64,000 nt of DNA from an uncultured Acidobacteriota bacterium (GCA_963836075.1 CAWIIB010000009.1:576001-640000), one strand, 5' to 3'; shown: positions 18,813 through 27,320, numbered from the stretch's first letter. The notes: a model not told the origin generated them from the sequence alone. Numbers and translations are program-made.

Positions 18813-18927
18813 GCCTAACAAGCCCATGCACCTGGCAGTCATGTGTCACGGCCCTTGCTAAGCATCCGGTCGTTCATCTTGTGGCAATGACCGTGCCACC
18901 TGCCGCAGGTGATGGGTAACGTTGGCC
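18813..18927 (+). repeat. attC, family A
   Basis: gcctaac...gttggcc. Confidence 0.9.
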
Positions 18928-19001
18928 CTAAAGAAATGACTTGACGGAACGTCATCGATGGATATATTGTAATACTATAGCCTATCGATGGAGGGCATGG
19001 C

Positions 19002-19209
19002 ATGACTACAGTAACCATATCACCCAAATTTCAGATCGTTATCCCGCGGCCAATCCGTGACCGCCTGCGCCTCCGACCAGGACAAAAAATCCAGGTTGTT
19101 GAGTACCGATGGCAGACTTGAGCTGATACCAGAGCGCGACATTGAAGAGCTACGTGGATTCTTGAAAGGGATCAACACTGACTTTGAGCGGGAGGATGAC
19201 AGAGTATGA
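19002..19209 (+). CDS. AbrB-type antitoxin (apparent +1 frameshift at ~19106; missing from the ORF track)
   Basis: MTTVTISPKFQIVIPRPIRDRLRLRPGQKIQVVEY joined to DGRLELIPERDIEELRGFLKGINTDFEREDDRV; ATGA overlap with vapC. Confidence 0.85.
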
Positions 19210-19583
19210 ACATAGTCGATTCCTCCGGATGGCTTGAATACTATGCTGGTGGAAGAAATGCCAAGCACTTCCTGCCAGTACTAAAGGATATTGAATCTCT
19301 GGTTGTACCTACCGTTTCACTCTATGAAGTTTTTAAGGTCGTACTTCGAGAACGTGGTGAGGACGATGCGCTTCAGGCTGTCAGTGCTATGCAAAAGGGC
19401 CTCGTAGTAGATCTAACGCCTAGGCTTTCACTATCTGCCGCCAAACTCAGCATCAAGCACTCATTGCCTATGGCAGATAGCATTATTCTTGCAACGGCAC
19501 GAGAATATGAAGCTACGATATGGACACAGGATGTTGATTTTAAGGGTTTGCCCGAGGTCCAGTACTTCCAAAAGAAAAAATAG
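19206..19583 (+). CDS. vapC: VapC PIN toxin
   Basis: NIVDSSGWLEY..EVFK..LPMADSIILATA..WTQDVDF. Confidence 0.9.
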   Translation: MNIVDSSGWLEYYAGGRNAKHFLPVLKDIESLVVPTVSLYEVFKVVLRERGEDDALQAVSAMQKGLVVDLTPRLSLSAAKLSIKHSLPMADSIILATAREYEATIWTQDVDFKGLPEVQYFQKKK

Positions 19584-19585
19584 AG

Positions 19586-19731
19586 GGCCAACAACCACAT
19601 TCAACGGCCAAGCCGATTCCGTCACGCTGGTTGCATACCGAGCGGTCAATCAGACGGCCCGTTACAGCGGTTCCAGGCATTGCCAAAGCAACCAGCGCGC
19701 CGGGGCTTGCCGCTGATGTGGGGCGTTATGC
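19586..19731 (+). repeat. attC, family B
   Basis: ggccaac...gttatgc. Confidence 0.9.
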
Positions 19732-19741
19732 CAAAAACATC

Positions 19742-19776
19742 TTGACAGACGTAACCCCAGAGGTTACATTCAGGAT
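19742..19776 (+). promoter_or_regulatory. higBA promoter/operator
   Basis: TTGACA-17-TACATT; gtaacc-ccaga-ggttac inverted repeat. Confidence 0.75.
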
Positions 19777-20055
19777 ACGATAAGAAGCTTCGCGCACAAA
19801 GGCCTTGAGAGGTTTTTCCTTAACGGCACCATGAAGGGCATTCAGGCTGCTCATGCACAGAAATTGAGCGATATTCTTGATTTACTTGATGCCTCGGTGA
19901 CTGTAGAAGATATGCGATTTCCTGGCTCAGGGCTGCATAGGCTGAAGGGCAAACTTAAAGATCACTATAGCGTGAAAGTATCTGGCAATTGGCGCGTCAT
20001 TTTCACGTTCAAAAGTGGGGACGCATATGTTGTTGATTACATTGACTATCACTGA
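19777..20055 (+). CDS. higB: HigB toxin with ACG in place of ATG
   Basis: (M)IRSFAHKGLERFF..LHRLKG..SVKVSGNWRVIF..VDYIDYH. Confidence 0.85.
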   Translation, partial: TIRSFAHKGLERFFLNGTMKGIQAAHAQKLSDILDLLDASVTVEDMRFPGSGLHRLKGKLKDHYSVKVSGNWRVIFTFKSGDAYVVDYIDYH

Positions 20056-20067
20056 TGAGGTGCTGAT

Positions 20068-20370
20068 ATGAAGAACAGAAAGAGAAAGCCTGCCCATCCC
20101 GGTGGCATTTTAAAGAGGCAGTATCTTGATGTGCTCGGTCTCTCTGTGTCTGGACTTGCGAGCATTCTAGGTGTTTCTCGAAAAACTGTATCCAAAATCA
20201 CCAATGAGCGTGGTTCTGTAACGCCCAATATGGCTCTTAGGCTTTCTAAAGCCTTTGGTACCTCTGCGGAGCTTTGGATGAACTTGCAGCAGGCTTTTGA
20301 TCTTTGGGTGGCTACACACGAATCAACCGACTGGAAAAAGATCAAGCAGCTCGACTTTCCTGCAGCATAG
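20068..20370 (+). CDS. higA: HigA antitoxin
   Basis: PAHPGGILK..LGVSRKTVSKI..MALRLSKAFGTSAELWMNLQ. Confidence 0.92.
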   Translation: MKNRKRKPAHPGGILKRQYLDVLGLSVSGLASILGVSRKTVSKITNERGSVTPNMALRLSKAFGTSAELWMNLQQAFDLWVATHESTDWKKIKQLDFPAA

Positions 20371-20399
20371 ACAGAATTGGCTTGGCTAGCAGATAATTG

Positions 20400-20545
20400 G
20401 CATAACAACCACATTCAACGGTCAAGCCGAATCCGTCACGCTGGTTGCATTCCGTGCGATCAATCTAATGGCATGTGCCGGCACTTCCAGGCATTGCAAA
20501 AGCAACCAGCGCGCCGGAGCTTGCCGCTGATGTGGGGCGTTAGGC
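20400..20545 (+). repeat. attC, family B
   Basis: gcataac...gttaggc. Confidence 0.9.
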
Positions 20546-20562
20546 GTCGGAGGAGTATTGAA

Positions 20563-21111
20563 TTGAAATTAAGGTGTAAAGGGTTATTGATTGTTTGCAC
20601 CATTGCCCTACACGCTGTTTTCAGCCTTGCATACAGTCAATGTGATATACCGCGACCAATCAATAGCGAATACATAGCAGCCCTGAAGGATATTGCCTAC
20701 TATAATGAAATGGGTGGAGGCGGAGATAAATGCTATTGGGAAATAGTCGGACTTGGACTACCCGTTGTTGAAGAGCTCATTGACCTTATTGACGATCCAA
20801 TTCTAACCAAACATCTTGTCCCCCACTGGGGCGGCCAATATGCGGTAGGTGATATTGCTCTAAACTTGCTTTTGGATATCATTCATATTCCAGTTGTCGA
20901 TTTACTGCCAAATGTTGATCCAAAAGACTTTAAAACTATGGGGTTCGGCGTTTACTGGAAATATGTTAGGACTGATCCCAAAAACCGCTTTGAAGTTCAG
21001 TCTGACATTCAAAAATGGTTTGAGAAGCACAAAGAATCTCTTTACTGGAAGGATATTCAGGGGCTCCAGGCTGGCGGACAGTACCAGTTGAAGCCAGAAA
21101 AGGACGCCTAA
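20563..21111 (+). CDS. Exported hypothetical protein
   Basis: AGGAG RBS then TTG start; signal peptide; stop lies in R''. Confidence 0.75.
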   Translation: MKLRCKGLLIVCTIALHAVFSLAYSQCDIPRPINSEYIAALKDIAYYNEMGGGGDKCYWEIVGLGLPVVEELIDLIDDPILTKHLVPHWGGQYAVGDIALNLLLDIIHIPVVDLLPNVDPKDFKTMGFGVYWKYVRTDPKNRFEVQSDIQKWFEKHKESLYWKDIQGLQAGGQYQLKPEKDA

Positions 21112-21222
21112 CCATCCCATTCACCTGGCAGCCAGGTGTCACGGCCCTTGCTGGGCAACCGGTCGTTCTCCAGGTGGCAACGGCCGTGCCACCTGGCCGC
21201 AGGTGATGGGCAGGCGTTAGGC
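21106..21222 (+). repeat. attC, family A
   Basis: gcctaac...gttaggc. Confidence 0.9.
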
Positions 21223-21257
21223 GAAGTAACAATAATTGACATTCGAACAATATCGTC

Positions 21258-21575
21258 ATGACTGTTAGAGATTACTTAAACAGCAAACGCAAACAAGCAT
21301 GGCTTATACTTTGCTTCGGTATATTCCATACGCTCATAGGATTTGTGGTCCTATTGCTAACAACATATTTTGGCCTATTTTTATCAGCCATTGGATTTCT
21401 GGTCTATCTGTACGGGTTTTATCGGATCATACAGGCGGCCAAATGCCCAAACTGTAAGAACACGATCATCGGTGGTATTAACTTCAACCGTTACATTGGT
21501 AAGTATATTAACTATTGCCAGTTTTGTGGCAGATCACTAGACGAAGAATTGGGCGTGGATGTGATTGATGAGTAG
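21258..21575 (+). CDS. Two-TM protein with C-terminal zinc ribbon
   Basis: CPNC...CQFCG. Confidence 0.75.
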   Translation: MTVRDYLNSKRKQAWLILCFGIFHTLIGFVVLLLTTYFGLFLSAIGFLVYLYGFYRIIQAAKCPNCKNTIIGGINFNRYIGKYINYCQFCGRSLDEELGVDVIDE

Positions 21576-21612
21576 CAGATTTCATGAAACGAGTAAGCGA
21601 AATGAGAACAAC

Positions 21613-21728
21613 GCCTAACCATCCCATTCACCTGTTGGCCAGCTGTCACGGCCCTTGTTGATCATCCGGTCGTTCTCACAGGCGGCAACGGCCGTGCCAC
21701 CTACCACAGGTGATGGGTGACCCTAGGT
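21613..21728 (+). repeat. attC, family A, crossover triplet mutated (CCT)
   Basis: gcctaac...cctaggt. Confidence 0.85.
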
Positions 21729-21731
21729 CAA

Positions 21732-22043
21732 ATGATGAACAAGCAAAAATATTATCGAAGAATATTGCGCTATAAGGACGATCATATACCCTTATTAGTC
21801 TTTATGGGTGGATGGTGGAGTATCCTGAAAGTATTCATATTCGGTTTCGGATTGTATTTGGTAATTGAAGGAATAACAGCAATAAAGATGATTGGTATCT
21901 TTCTAATTGGTTATTCATTGGGGAAGATAGCGGCGGCCTTCAATTCATATTTTTCATCAATGAGGCAATGGGAACACCTGAATGACGTGATTGATTGGGA
22001 AAAAGTGTCCGAATCCGCGAGTTCTAAGGAAAAGTTGACCTAA
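21732..22043 (+). CDS. Two-TM membrane protein
   Basis: W..L..VIDWEKV C-terminal motif; stop lies in R''. Confidence 0.7.
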   Translation: MMNKQKYYRRILRYKDDHIPLLVFMGGWWSILKVFIFGFGLYLVIEGITAIKMIGIFLIGYSLGKIAAAFNSYFSSMRQWEHLNDVIDWEKVSESASSKEKLT

Positions 22044-22155
22044 CAAGCCCATTCATCTGATGGCCAGGTGTCACGGCCCTTGCTTGACAGCCGGTCGCTA
22101 TCGCTGGTGGGCAACGGCCGTGCCACCTGTCCGCAGGTGATGGGTAACGTTAGGT
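22038..22155 (+). repeat. attC, family A
   Basis: acctaac...gttaggt. Confidence 0.9.
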
Positions 22156-22179
22156 CAGCGACTAAAGAGGAGATGTGTA

Positions 22180-23136
22180 GTGCTATTAATTGCTCAAGAA
22201 TTGAAGCACTGTAGGTTTGTGCTTATATCCACTTTCTGTATCTGCCTTGCAGTGATTCTGGTTTCCGGCTGTGAGGCTAACAAGCGCAGTGTTAAGGAAC
22301 TCAGCGTTCAAACTCCTGACGTAACATTGTTTGCACGCACCGCGGGGCATCTGGAGTCCGGTAACGTGCTCATAGCAGTTAACGGTGGGCCTGGCTTGTC
22401 CAGTCACTATATGCTCAGCTTAGAGCGCTTGGCGGGCACTGAGCTCGCTGTGATCACCTATGATCAAAGAGGGGTGAGCCGATCGACGGACGTACCCCCC
22501 ATTCCTGATAATTTCACGTTTCAGAAATATGTGGAGGATCTTGAGTATGTGCGGGCAGCGAGTGGAGTGGAGACCGTTCACCTGTTGGGACATTCATGGG
22601 GTGGCCTCGTGGCGTTGAGCTACGCTGTAACCTATCCGGAGAGGATACGTTCGATAGTCCTAATAGGCTGTGGCCCACCCACATGGGACCAGGTACGAAC
22701 ATGTTTTGAGAAGATCCAGCAAAGATTCGTGGAATTGCAAGCTTCGGGGCTGATCCCCAGCGGTCTGACACCGGGGACAAAGGAGTTCGGGGAAGCGATC
22801 CTCGCAGCTTACTTCTCTGATCCGACCTTCTGGTTTTCGTCAGACGACGAAGGAAGTGAGCCGGTACAAAATCAACGAGTGAACCAGCTGACTTGGACAG
22901 CTGTTCAGGATTACGATTTGACTTCCGAACTTTCTAGGCTGGAGCACCGAGTATTGGTGCTCCGAGGCGAGGGTGATCCATGTGAGCCGTCCGCCGGCCA
23001 GGCCGTTGAAGAAGCACTGTCGTCCGCCGAAATCCTGTCTGTTATGTTGAAAGATTGCGGACACTTCTGGCACGAGTGTCCCGAGGAGTTTTTCGCAGCG
23101 GTTAGACCGTTCCTTTACGAATCAGTGACGGAGTAG
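22180..23136 (+). CDS. Alpha/beta hydrolase (proline iminopeptidase-like) lipoprotein
   Basis: NGGPG, YDQRG, GHSWGG, GEGD and CGH motifs; VSGC lipobox. Confidence 0.9.
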   Translation: MLLIAQELKHCRFVLISTFCICLAVILVSGCEANKRSVKELSVQTPDVTLFARTAGHLESGNVLIAVNGGPGLSSHYMLSLERLAGTELAVITYDQRGVSRSTDVPPIPDNFTFQKYVEDLEYVRAASGVETVHLLGHSWGGLVALSYAVTYPERIRSIVLIGCGPPTWDQVRTCFEKIQQRFVELQASGLIPSGLTPGTKEFGEAILAAYFSDPTFWFSSDDEGSEPVQNQRVNQLTWTAVQDYDLTSELSRLEHRVLVLRGEGDPCEPSAGQAVEEALSSAEILSVMLKDCGHFWHECPEEFFAAVRPFLYESVTE

Positions 23137-23181
23137 GCATAAGACTAGCAGGGCACTTGAGATCTAGCCAGACTGGATTGC

Positions 23182-24263
23182 GACTTGACATCAAGTTTGA
23201 ACTGCGACAGTAGCCCTTACGCATAGACGCACTCCTCAGGTGTGAAGAAGCCAAGGATTTTCCTGGGCCGAGTGTTCAGCTTTGCAGCAATGGCGTTGCA
23301 TTGCTGCTGGCTCACCGAGGCCATCGATTCGGATTTAGGCAGATATTGGCGGATGAGGCCGTTGGTGTTTTCATTAGTGCCACGTTCCCAAGAGTGATAA
23401 GGCGTGGCGAAGTAAAACTGAACTCCGGTATTTTGCTCGATTAATTTGTGGCCATGGAATTCCGTACCATTATCAGCAGTGATCGTCTTAATTTTCTTTT
23501 GATGACGTTTGATAATTTTAAGTAACCTGGCGTTGAGCTGGTCGATGGTTCTCGCCTTGAGCTTGCCTATGAGGGTGTATCTGGTCTTCCGCTCCACCAG
23601 GGTGACGATACAGTCTTTACTTCCCTTGCCCAGCACCGTATCGATCTCCCAGTGGCCGAAGGTCTTCCAGGTTTCAACATCCGCAGGGCGCTCTGATATG
23701 TGGCGCTTCCCGGCCAAGCGGCCCCTGCTGTCATAGGCGCCATAGCGCTTGCGACGTTGCTTAAAAGCACCGCGAAGGTGGGTGTAGAGGTCACCGCCGG
23801 CTTCCATGTCGGCCCAGACGTATAGATAGATGGTTTCGTGGCTGATATTTAGCAGGTTCTCCCGTTTCAGATAGCCGGAGACCTGCTCAGGGCTCCAGTC
23901 GAGAAGCAGCAGAGATTCGACCATGGCAAAGTCCTGGGCTGTGAACTGCTGATTTCTTCGAGAGCGGCTACGCCGGCCTCGTGTTCGACTGTCAGCCTTG
24001 AAAGGACGATAACCCGTATCGCTGCACTGGTTTCGTCTGATCTCACGGTAGATGGAGCTGCGGTGGCGGCCGAGGATCCTGGCTATCCTCGAGGTTTTAA
24101 AACCTTGTTTTCTGAGGGCAGAGATCATATATCTCTCTTCACGGGTGATCTGGTGATAAATCATGGCTGCCTCCCTTTAATTGGTCGTTGAGAGAAGCAG
24201 CCATTATCCCAGATCGCCCGTGCTTTAAGCACAGGTGTCGCACTTAGTATATGAATTCGCGCC
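23182..24263 (-). mobile_element. IS30-family insertion sequence with TGC target duplication
   Basis: Imperfect 28-bp IRs ending tgcgaca/tgtcgca; TGC at 23179-81 and 24264-66. Confidence 0.88.
23217..24164 (-). CDS. IS30-family DDE transposase
   Basis: GHWEIDTV, TADNGTEF, PYHSWERGTNENTNGLIRQY and LNTRPRK motifs. Confidence 0.95.
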   Translation of the reverse strand: MIYHQITREERYMISALRKQGFKTSRIARILGRHRSSIYREIRRNQCSDTGYRPFKADSRTRGRRSRSRRNQQFTAQDFAMVESLLLLDWSPEQVSGYLKRENLLNISHETIYLYVWADMEAGGDLYTHLRGAFKQRRKRYGAYDSRGRLAGKRHISERPADVETWKTFGHWEIDTVLGKGSKDCIVTLVERKTRYTLIGKLKARTIDQLNARLLKIIKRHQKKIKTITADNGTEFHGHKLIEQNTGVQFYFATPYHSWERGTNENTNGLIRQYLPKSESMASVSQQQCNAIAAKLNTRPRKILGFFTPEECVYA

Positions 24264-24379
24264 TGCGAACAAGCCCATTCACCTGTCAGCCAGGCGTCAC
24301 GGCCCTTGCTGATCAATCGGTCGTCATTCTGGTGGCAACGGCCGTGCCACCCGCCTGCAGGTAATGGGTGGCGTTCCCG
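24264..24379 (+). repeat. attC, family A
   Basis: tgcgaac...gttcccg. Confidence 0.9.
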
Positions 24380-24464
24380 AAGAAAGAAATATTAAGATCT
24401 TTTAGCGGCAGACCGAATATGGTATCATATTAGGACTGGACGCATTATGTAAGGAGGGCCGTCA

Positions 24465-24740
24465 ATGAGTATTGAAAATGACATCCGACCAATCACCTAT
24501 CTAAAATCAAGAGCAGCAGACTTACTGAAACAGGTAAACGAAACCCAGCGACCCGTCATCATCACCCAGAACGGAGAACCTAGGGCGGTTCTTCAAGATC
24601 CCCAAAGCTATGAAAGCATGAGAAATGCCCTAGGACTCCTGAAGCTGATCTCGCAAGGCGAAGAGGATATCCGCAAGGGAAAGGTCCGCACTAAGGATGA
24701 GGTCTTTTCGAGAATCGAAAAGGCGATACGCAAGAAATGA
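24465..24740 (+). CDS. Phd/YefM antitoxin
   Basis: DIRPITYLKSRAADLL..PVIITQNGEPRAVL. Confidence 0.9.
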   Translation: MSIENDIRPITYLKSRAADLLKQVNETQRPVIITQNGEPRAVLQDPQSYESMRNALGLLKLISQGEEDIRKGKVRTKDEVFSRIEKAIRKK

Positions 24741-25063
24741 AAGAAACATTCGGAGTCTTTTGGGCCGCCGTAGCTGAAAAGGATCTTTTGGGAGTCGTCG
24801 ATTTCATTGCTGAAGAAGATCCTGAAGTTGCCCTGAATATCCTGAACAAGATCAAGGATCGCACATCTACGCTTGATCATTACCCTATGCGGGGTCGTAA
24901 CGTACCAGAGCTACTACAACATGGCATGGCACGATACCGTGAACTTGTGATCAACCCCTGGCGGGTGATCTACAGGATTGAAGAAAAGAAAGTGTATGTC
25001 GTTTCTGTTATTGACTCACGCCGTAACGTGGAAGACATTCTGCTGGCGAGATTTCTAAGATAA
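24737..25063 (+). CDS. RelE/ParE toxin
   Basis: AEKDL..I..D...P.RGR.VPEL..YREL..PWRVIYRI..DSRR. Confidence 0.9.
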   Translation: MKETFGVFWAAVAEKDLLGVVDFIAEEDPEVALNILNKIKDRTSTLDHYPMRGRNVPELLQHGMARYRELVINPWRVIYRIEEKKVYVVSVIDSRRNVEDILLARFLR

Positions 25064-25065
25064 TT

Positions 25066-25231
25066 CGAGAACAACCACATTCAACGGTCAAGCCGATTCC
25101 GTCACGCTGGTTGCAAACCATACTGCCATTCATACGGCTCGATTCGCCGCTGCCAGGCCTTACCAAAGCAACCAGCGCGCCGGCCGGCGCTTCGCACCGA
25201 CTCGGCTTGCCGCTTATGTGGGGCGTTAGCC
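25066..25231 (+). repeat. attC, family B (about 18 nt insertion in right arm)
   Basis: cgagaac...gttagcc. Confidence 0.88.
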
Positions 25232-25243
25232 GCAGAAGGATAG

Positions 25244-25825
25244 ATGATTCGTTTCTCTGAAGAGAATGAATATAATTATGGATACACGATGTATTTACGC
25301 ATGCGAATAGTATGTTTATCGATATTGCTTTCTACGCTGTCAACATTGTTGTTTTCACAGGCTACAGTTCGCCAAGGTAGTTCGGCTGATCTTCGACTTG
25401 AACATGATCAGTACAATTACACTTCTCCAATGATTCTTACACAATCATTAAGAACTTTATGCGTAGATCACGATATCGATCGTGATGGGATTGGACGATC
25501 ATTTTCATTCGGAAAGTACAGATGCGACAACGTATCTCTTAAGCAAATATATGTTGAAAGAAGAAATAAGAAGAGATGGCCATCCGAAAGGTTATCGATA
25601 TGGGTTCTTGTATATACATATCCACATCGAGATAAGTTAGTTACCTTGAAACTTAACGTGTATTTGGGTGAGAAATGGATCTGTGGAAGTATCATAACTG
25701 ATATCGATGCCGAGGAAACGAAGGAAACAGAATCCGAGGTGAGCTTCTCATACCCCAAGCATCTATTCACTAGTGGCATTGCACCCGTATTGAAGGTAAC
25801 AATGATCGTCCATGATAACGGATAA
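25244..25825 (+). CDS. Exported hypothetical protein
   Basis: Signal-like segment; ends in an orphan R'' box (cggataac). Confidence 0.7.
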   Translation: MIRFSEENEYNYGYTMYLRMRIVCLSILLSTLSTLLFSQATVRQGSSADLRLEHDQYNYTSPMILTQSLRTLCVDHDIDRDGIGRSFSFGKYRCDNVSLKQIYVERRNKKRWPSERLSIWVLVYTYPHRDKLVTLKLNVYLGEKWICGSIITDIDAEETKETESEVSFSYPKHLFTSGIAPVLKVTMIVHDNG

Positions 25826-25828
25826 CTT

Positions 25829-25939
25829 GGATATGAGTCAGTTAGTGGCTCAGCAGGTGTAGGCGTGGGCCCCGGCGGAACAACATCTAGCGTCTGGTAT
25901 TCTGCAATATGCGGTAATTGGATAACCTTTAGTTCTTGA
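25829..25939 (+). pseudogene. 3' remnant of a paralog of 11144..11407
   Basis: GYESVSGSAGVGVGPGGTTSSVWYSAICGNWITFSS* with no start codon. Confidence 0.75.
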
Positions 25940-25957
25940 AATTGCCGGAATGATACG

Positions 25958-26073
25958 AGCGAACAAACCCCATTCACTTGGCAGCCAGGTGTCACGGCCC
26001 TTGCAGAACAAGTGGTCGTTATCGCTGAGCAACGGCCGTGCCACCTGTCCACAAGTGATGGGTAACGTTCGCC
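25958..26073 (+). repeat. attC, family A
   Basis: agcgaac...gttcgcc. Confidence 0.9.
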
Positions 26074-26083
26074 AAGAGGCCCC

Positions 26084-27181
26084 ATGAGAGAAACTTCAAT
26101 TCGGTTTTGCGAGCACTTTCCGCTGTTCGTCATGAATGGGTGGAATAGGACTACCTGGCTCATACCCATCGTCGTGCTCTCCCTGCTCCAGGCAGGCTGC
26201 AGCTACTGGATTTTCGATGTCGGTATCGGATTGATCGACACGAAAACTCAGTCGATGACTTTTCTGCGGTCGGGGGATAACCGGGAAGTTGTTGTCAATA
26301 TCTCAGAGCAGGATCGGAGTTTTCAGACATTCCATCGTATCGACAATCAACTCCAGATGCGCACGATCACATTCGATGGCAAAGTTCTGAGCAAACGGAC
26401 TATTCCACTCCTGGTGGAAGGTTACGCTGGCAAATACCAATATGCTGTGTCTCCGGACGGCAGCCAAATCATATACTTCGACTATTCTACGAAAGGACTG
26501 CGTATTTACGATACTGTAATTAATGACGACTCCCCACTTATGGACAGGGTGGACTCCACGGGCGTCGGAATAGCGAATATCCACTTTGTCTCTCAGGATG
26601 AAATCGTCCTCATATTGCTCAGTGATGAGGCAATAGGGCGAACCGGAAACGCCATCGTCCAGTTCAATATTGCAACTAAGACTGCGAAGACAATTGCCGA
26701 GCCTATATACCTTTTCTCCTGCCCAGACGCCTCTTTTTCGAGATCGAACAGGTATCTCGCATACTGGGAAGCAAGCGAACAGCACAGCATCTACGGAGAT
26801 GTTCGTATTCTCGACCTGAAGACATCCCAGGTCGTGGGCACAATCGAGAATCCGGGAGATGCCCTTATGAGTTGTCCGTCCGTGAGTCCGAACGAGCAGA
26901 TGGTTGCCTGTGTTGCGGGAAATTCGCTGTTAACGGCGCCGCTCTCAGGTGAGCCGGCAAAGGTAGTGAAGACTCTGCCCGAAAATCTCACCTGCTACTC
27001 CCTGGTTTTCCTCAACGACAAGACACTGCTCTACCGGACCGGCAAGGGCGGCCCCCGGTATGCCCTCACAGCGCTGGATATAGACACCGGCAAGGAAATC
27101 CGGTATTCGAAGCGCGCGTTCAACGGCGATATCTTTGTCGTTGATAATGGGAATCGATTGATCTGCGAACTGGGGGATTGA
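26084..27181 (+). CDS. TolB-like beta-propeller lipoprotein
   Basis: QAGC lipobox; SPDG/SPNE propeller repeats. Confidence 0.75.
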   Translation: MRETSIRFCEHFPLFVMNGWNRTTWLIPIVVLSLLQAGCSYWIFDVGIGLIDTKTQSMTFLRSGDNREVVVNISEQDRSFQTFHRIDNQLQMRTITFDGKVLSKRTIPLLVEGYAGKYQYAVSPDGSQIIYFDYSTKGLRIYDTVINDDSPLMDRVDSTGVGIANIHFVSQDEIVLILLSDEAIGRTGNAIVQFNIATKTAKTIAEPIYLFSCPDASFSRSNRYLAYWEASEQHSIYGDVRILDLKTSQVVGTIENPGDALMSCPSVSPNEQMVACVAGNSLLTAPLSGEPAKVVKTLPENLTCYSLVFLNDKTLLYRTGKGGPRYALTALDIDTGKEIRYSKRAFNGDIFVVDNGNRLICELGD

Positions 27182-27193
27182 TTGGGAAACCAT

Positions 27194-27269
27194 GGCGGAC
27201 AAACAAATCCACATTACCCGTGGGGGCGAGCGGACGCGCCCCGCGGTCCCGTGATTTCCGGCGTTAGCT
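27194..27269 (+). repeat. Short foreign attC, R'' degenerate (GAC)
   Basis: ggcggac..aaatccac...gtgattt..gttagct. Confidence 0.7.
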
Positions 27270-27320
27270 CGTCAGAGAAAAGACTTGACTGATCTGCATG
27301 TATAATGCATATTAATACAT

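Noticed and set aside
1769-25167. DGR-type adenine mutagenesis as the cause of attC loop variation
   Set aside because: Variable columns are not restricted to A (or T) positions in my manual alignment, and there is no reverse transcriptase in the window.
135-26044. Repeated minus-strand peptides (..TSPITCRQVARPLPPG..QQGP) as a protein family
   Set aside because: They are translations of the family A attC repeat.
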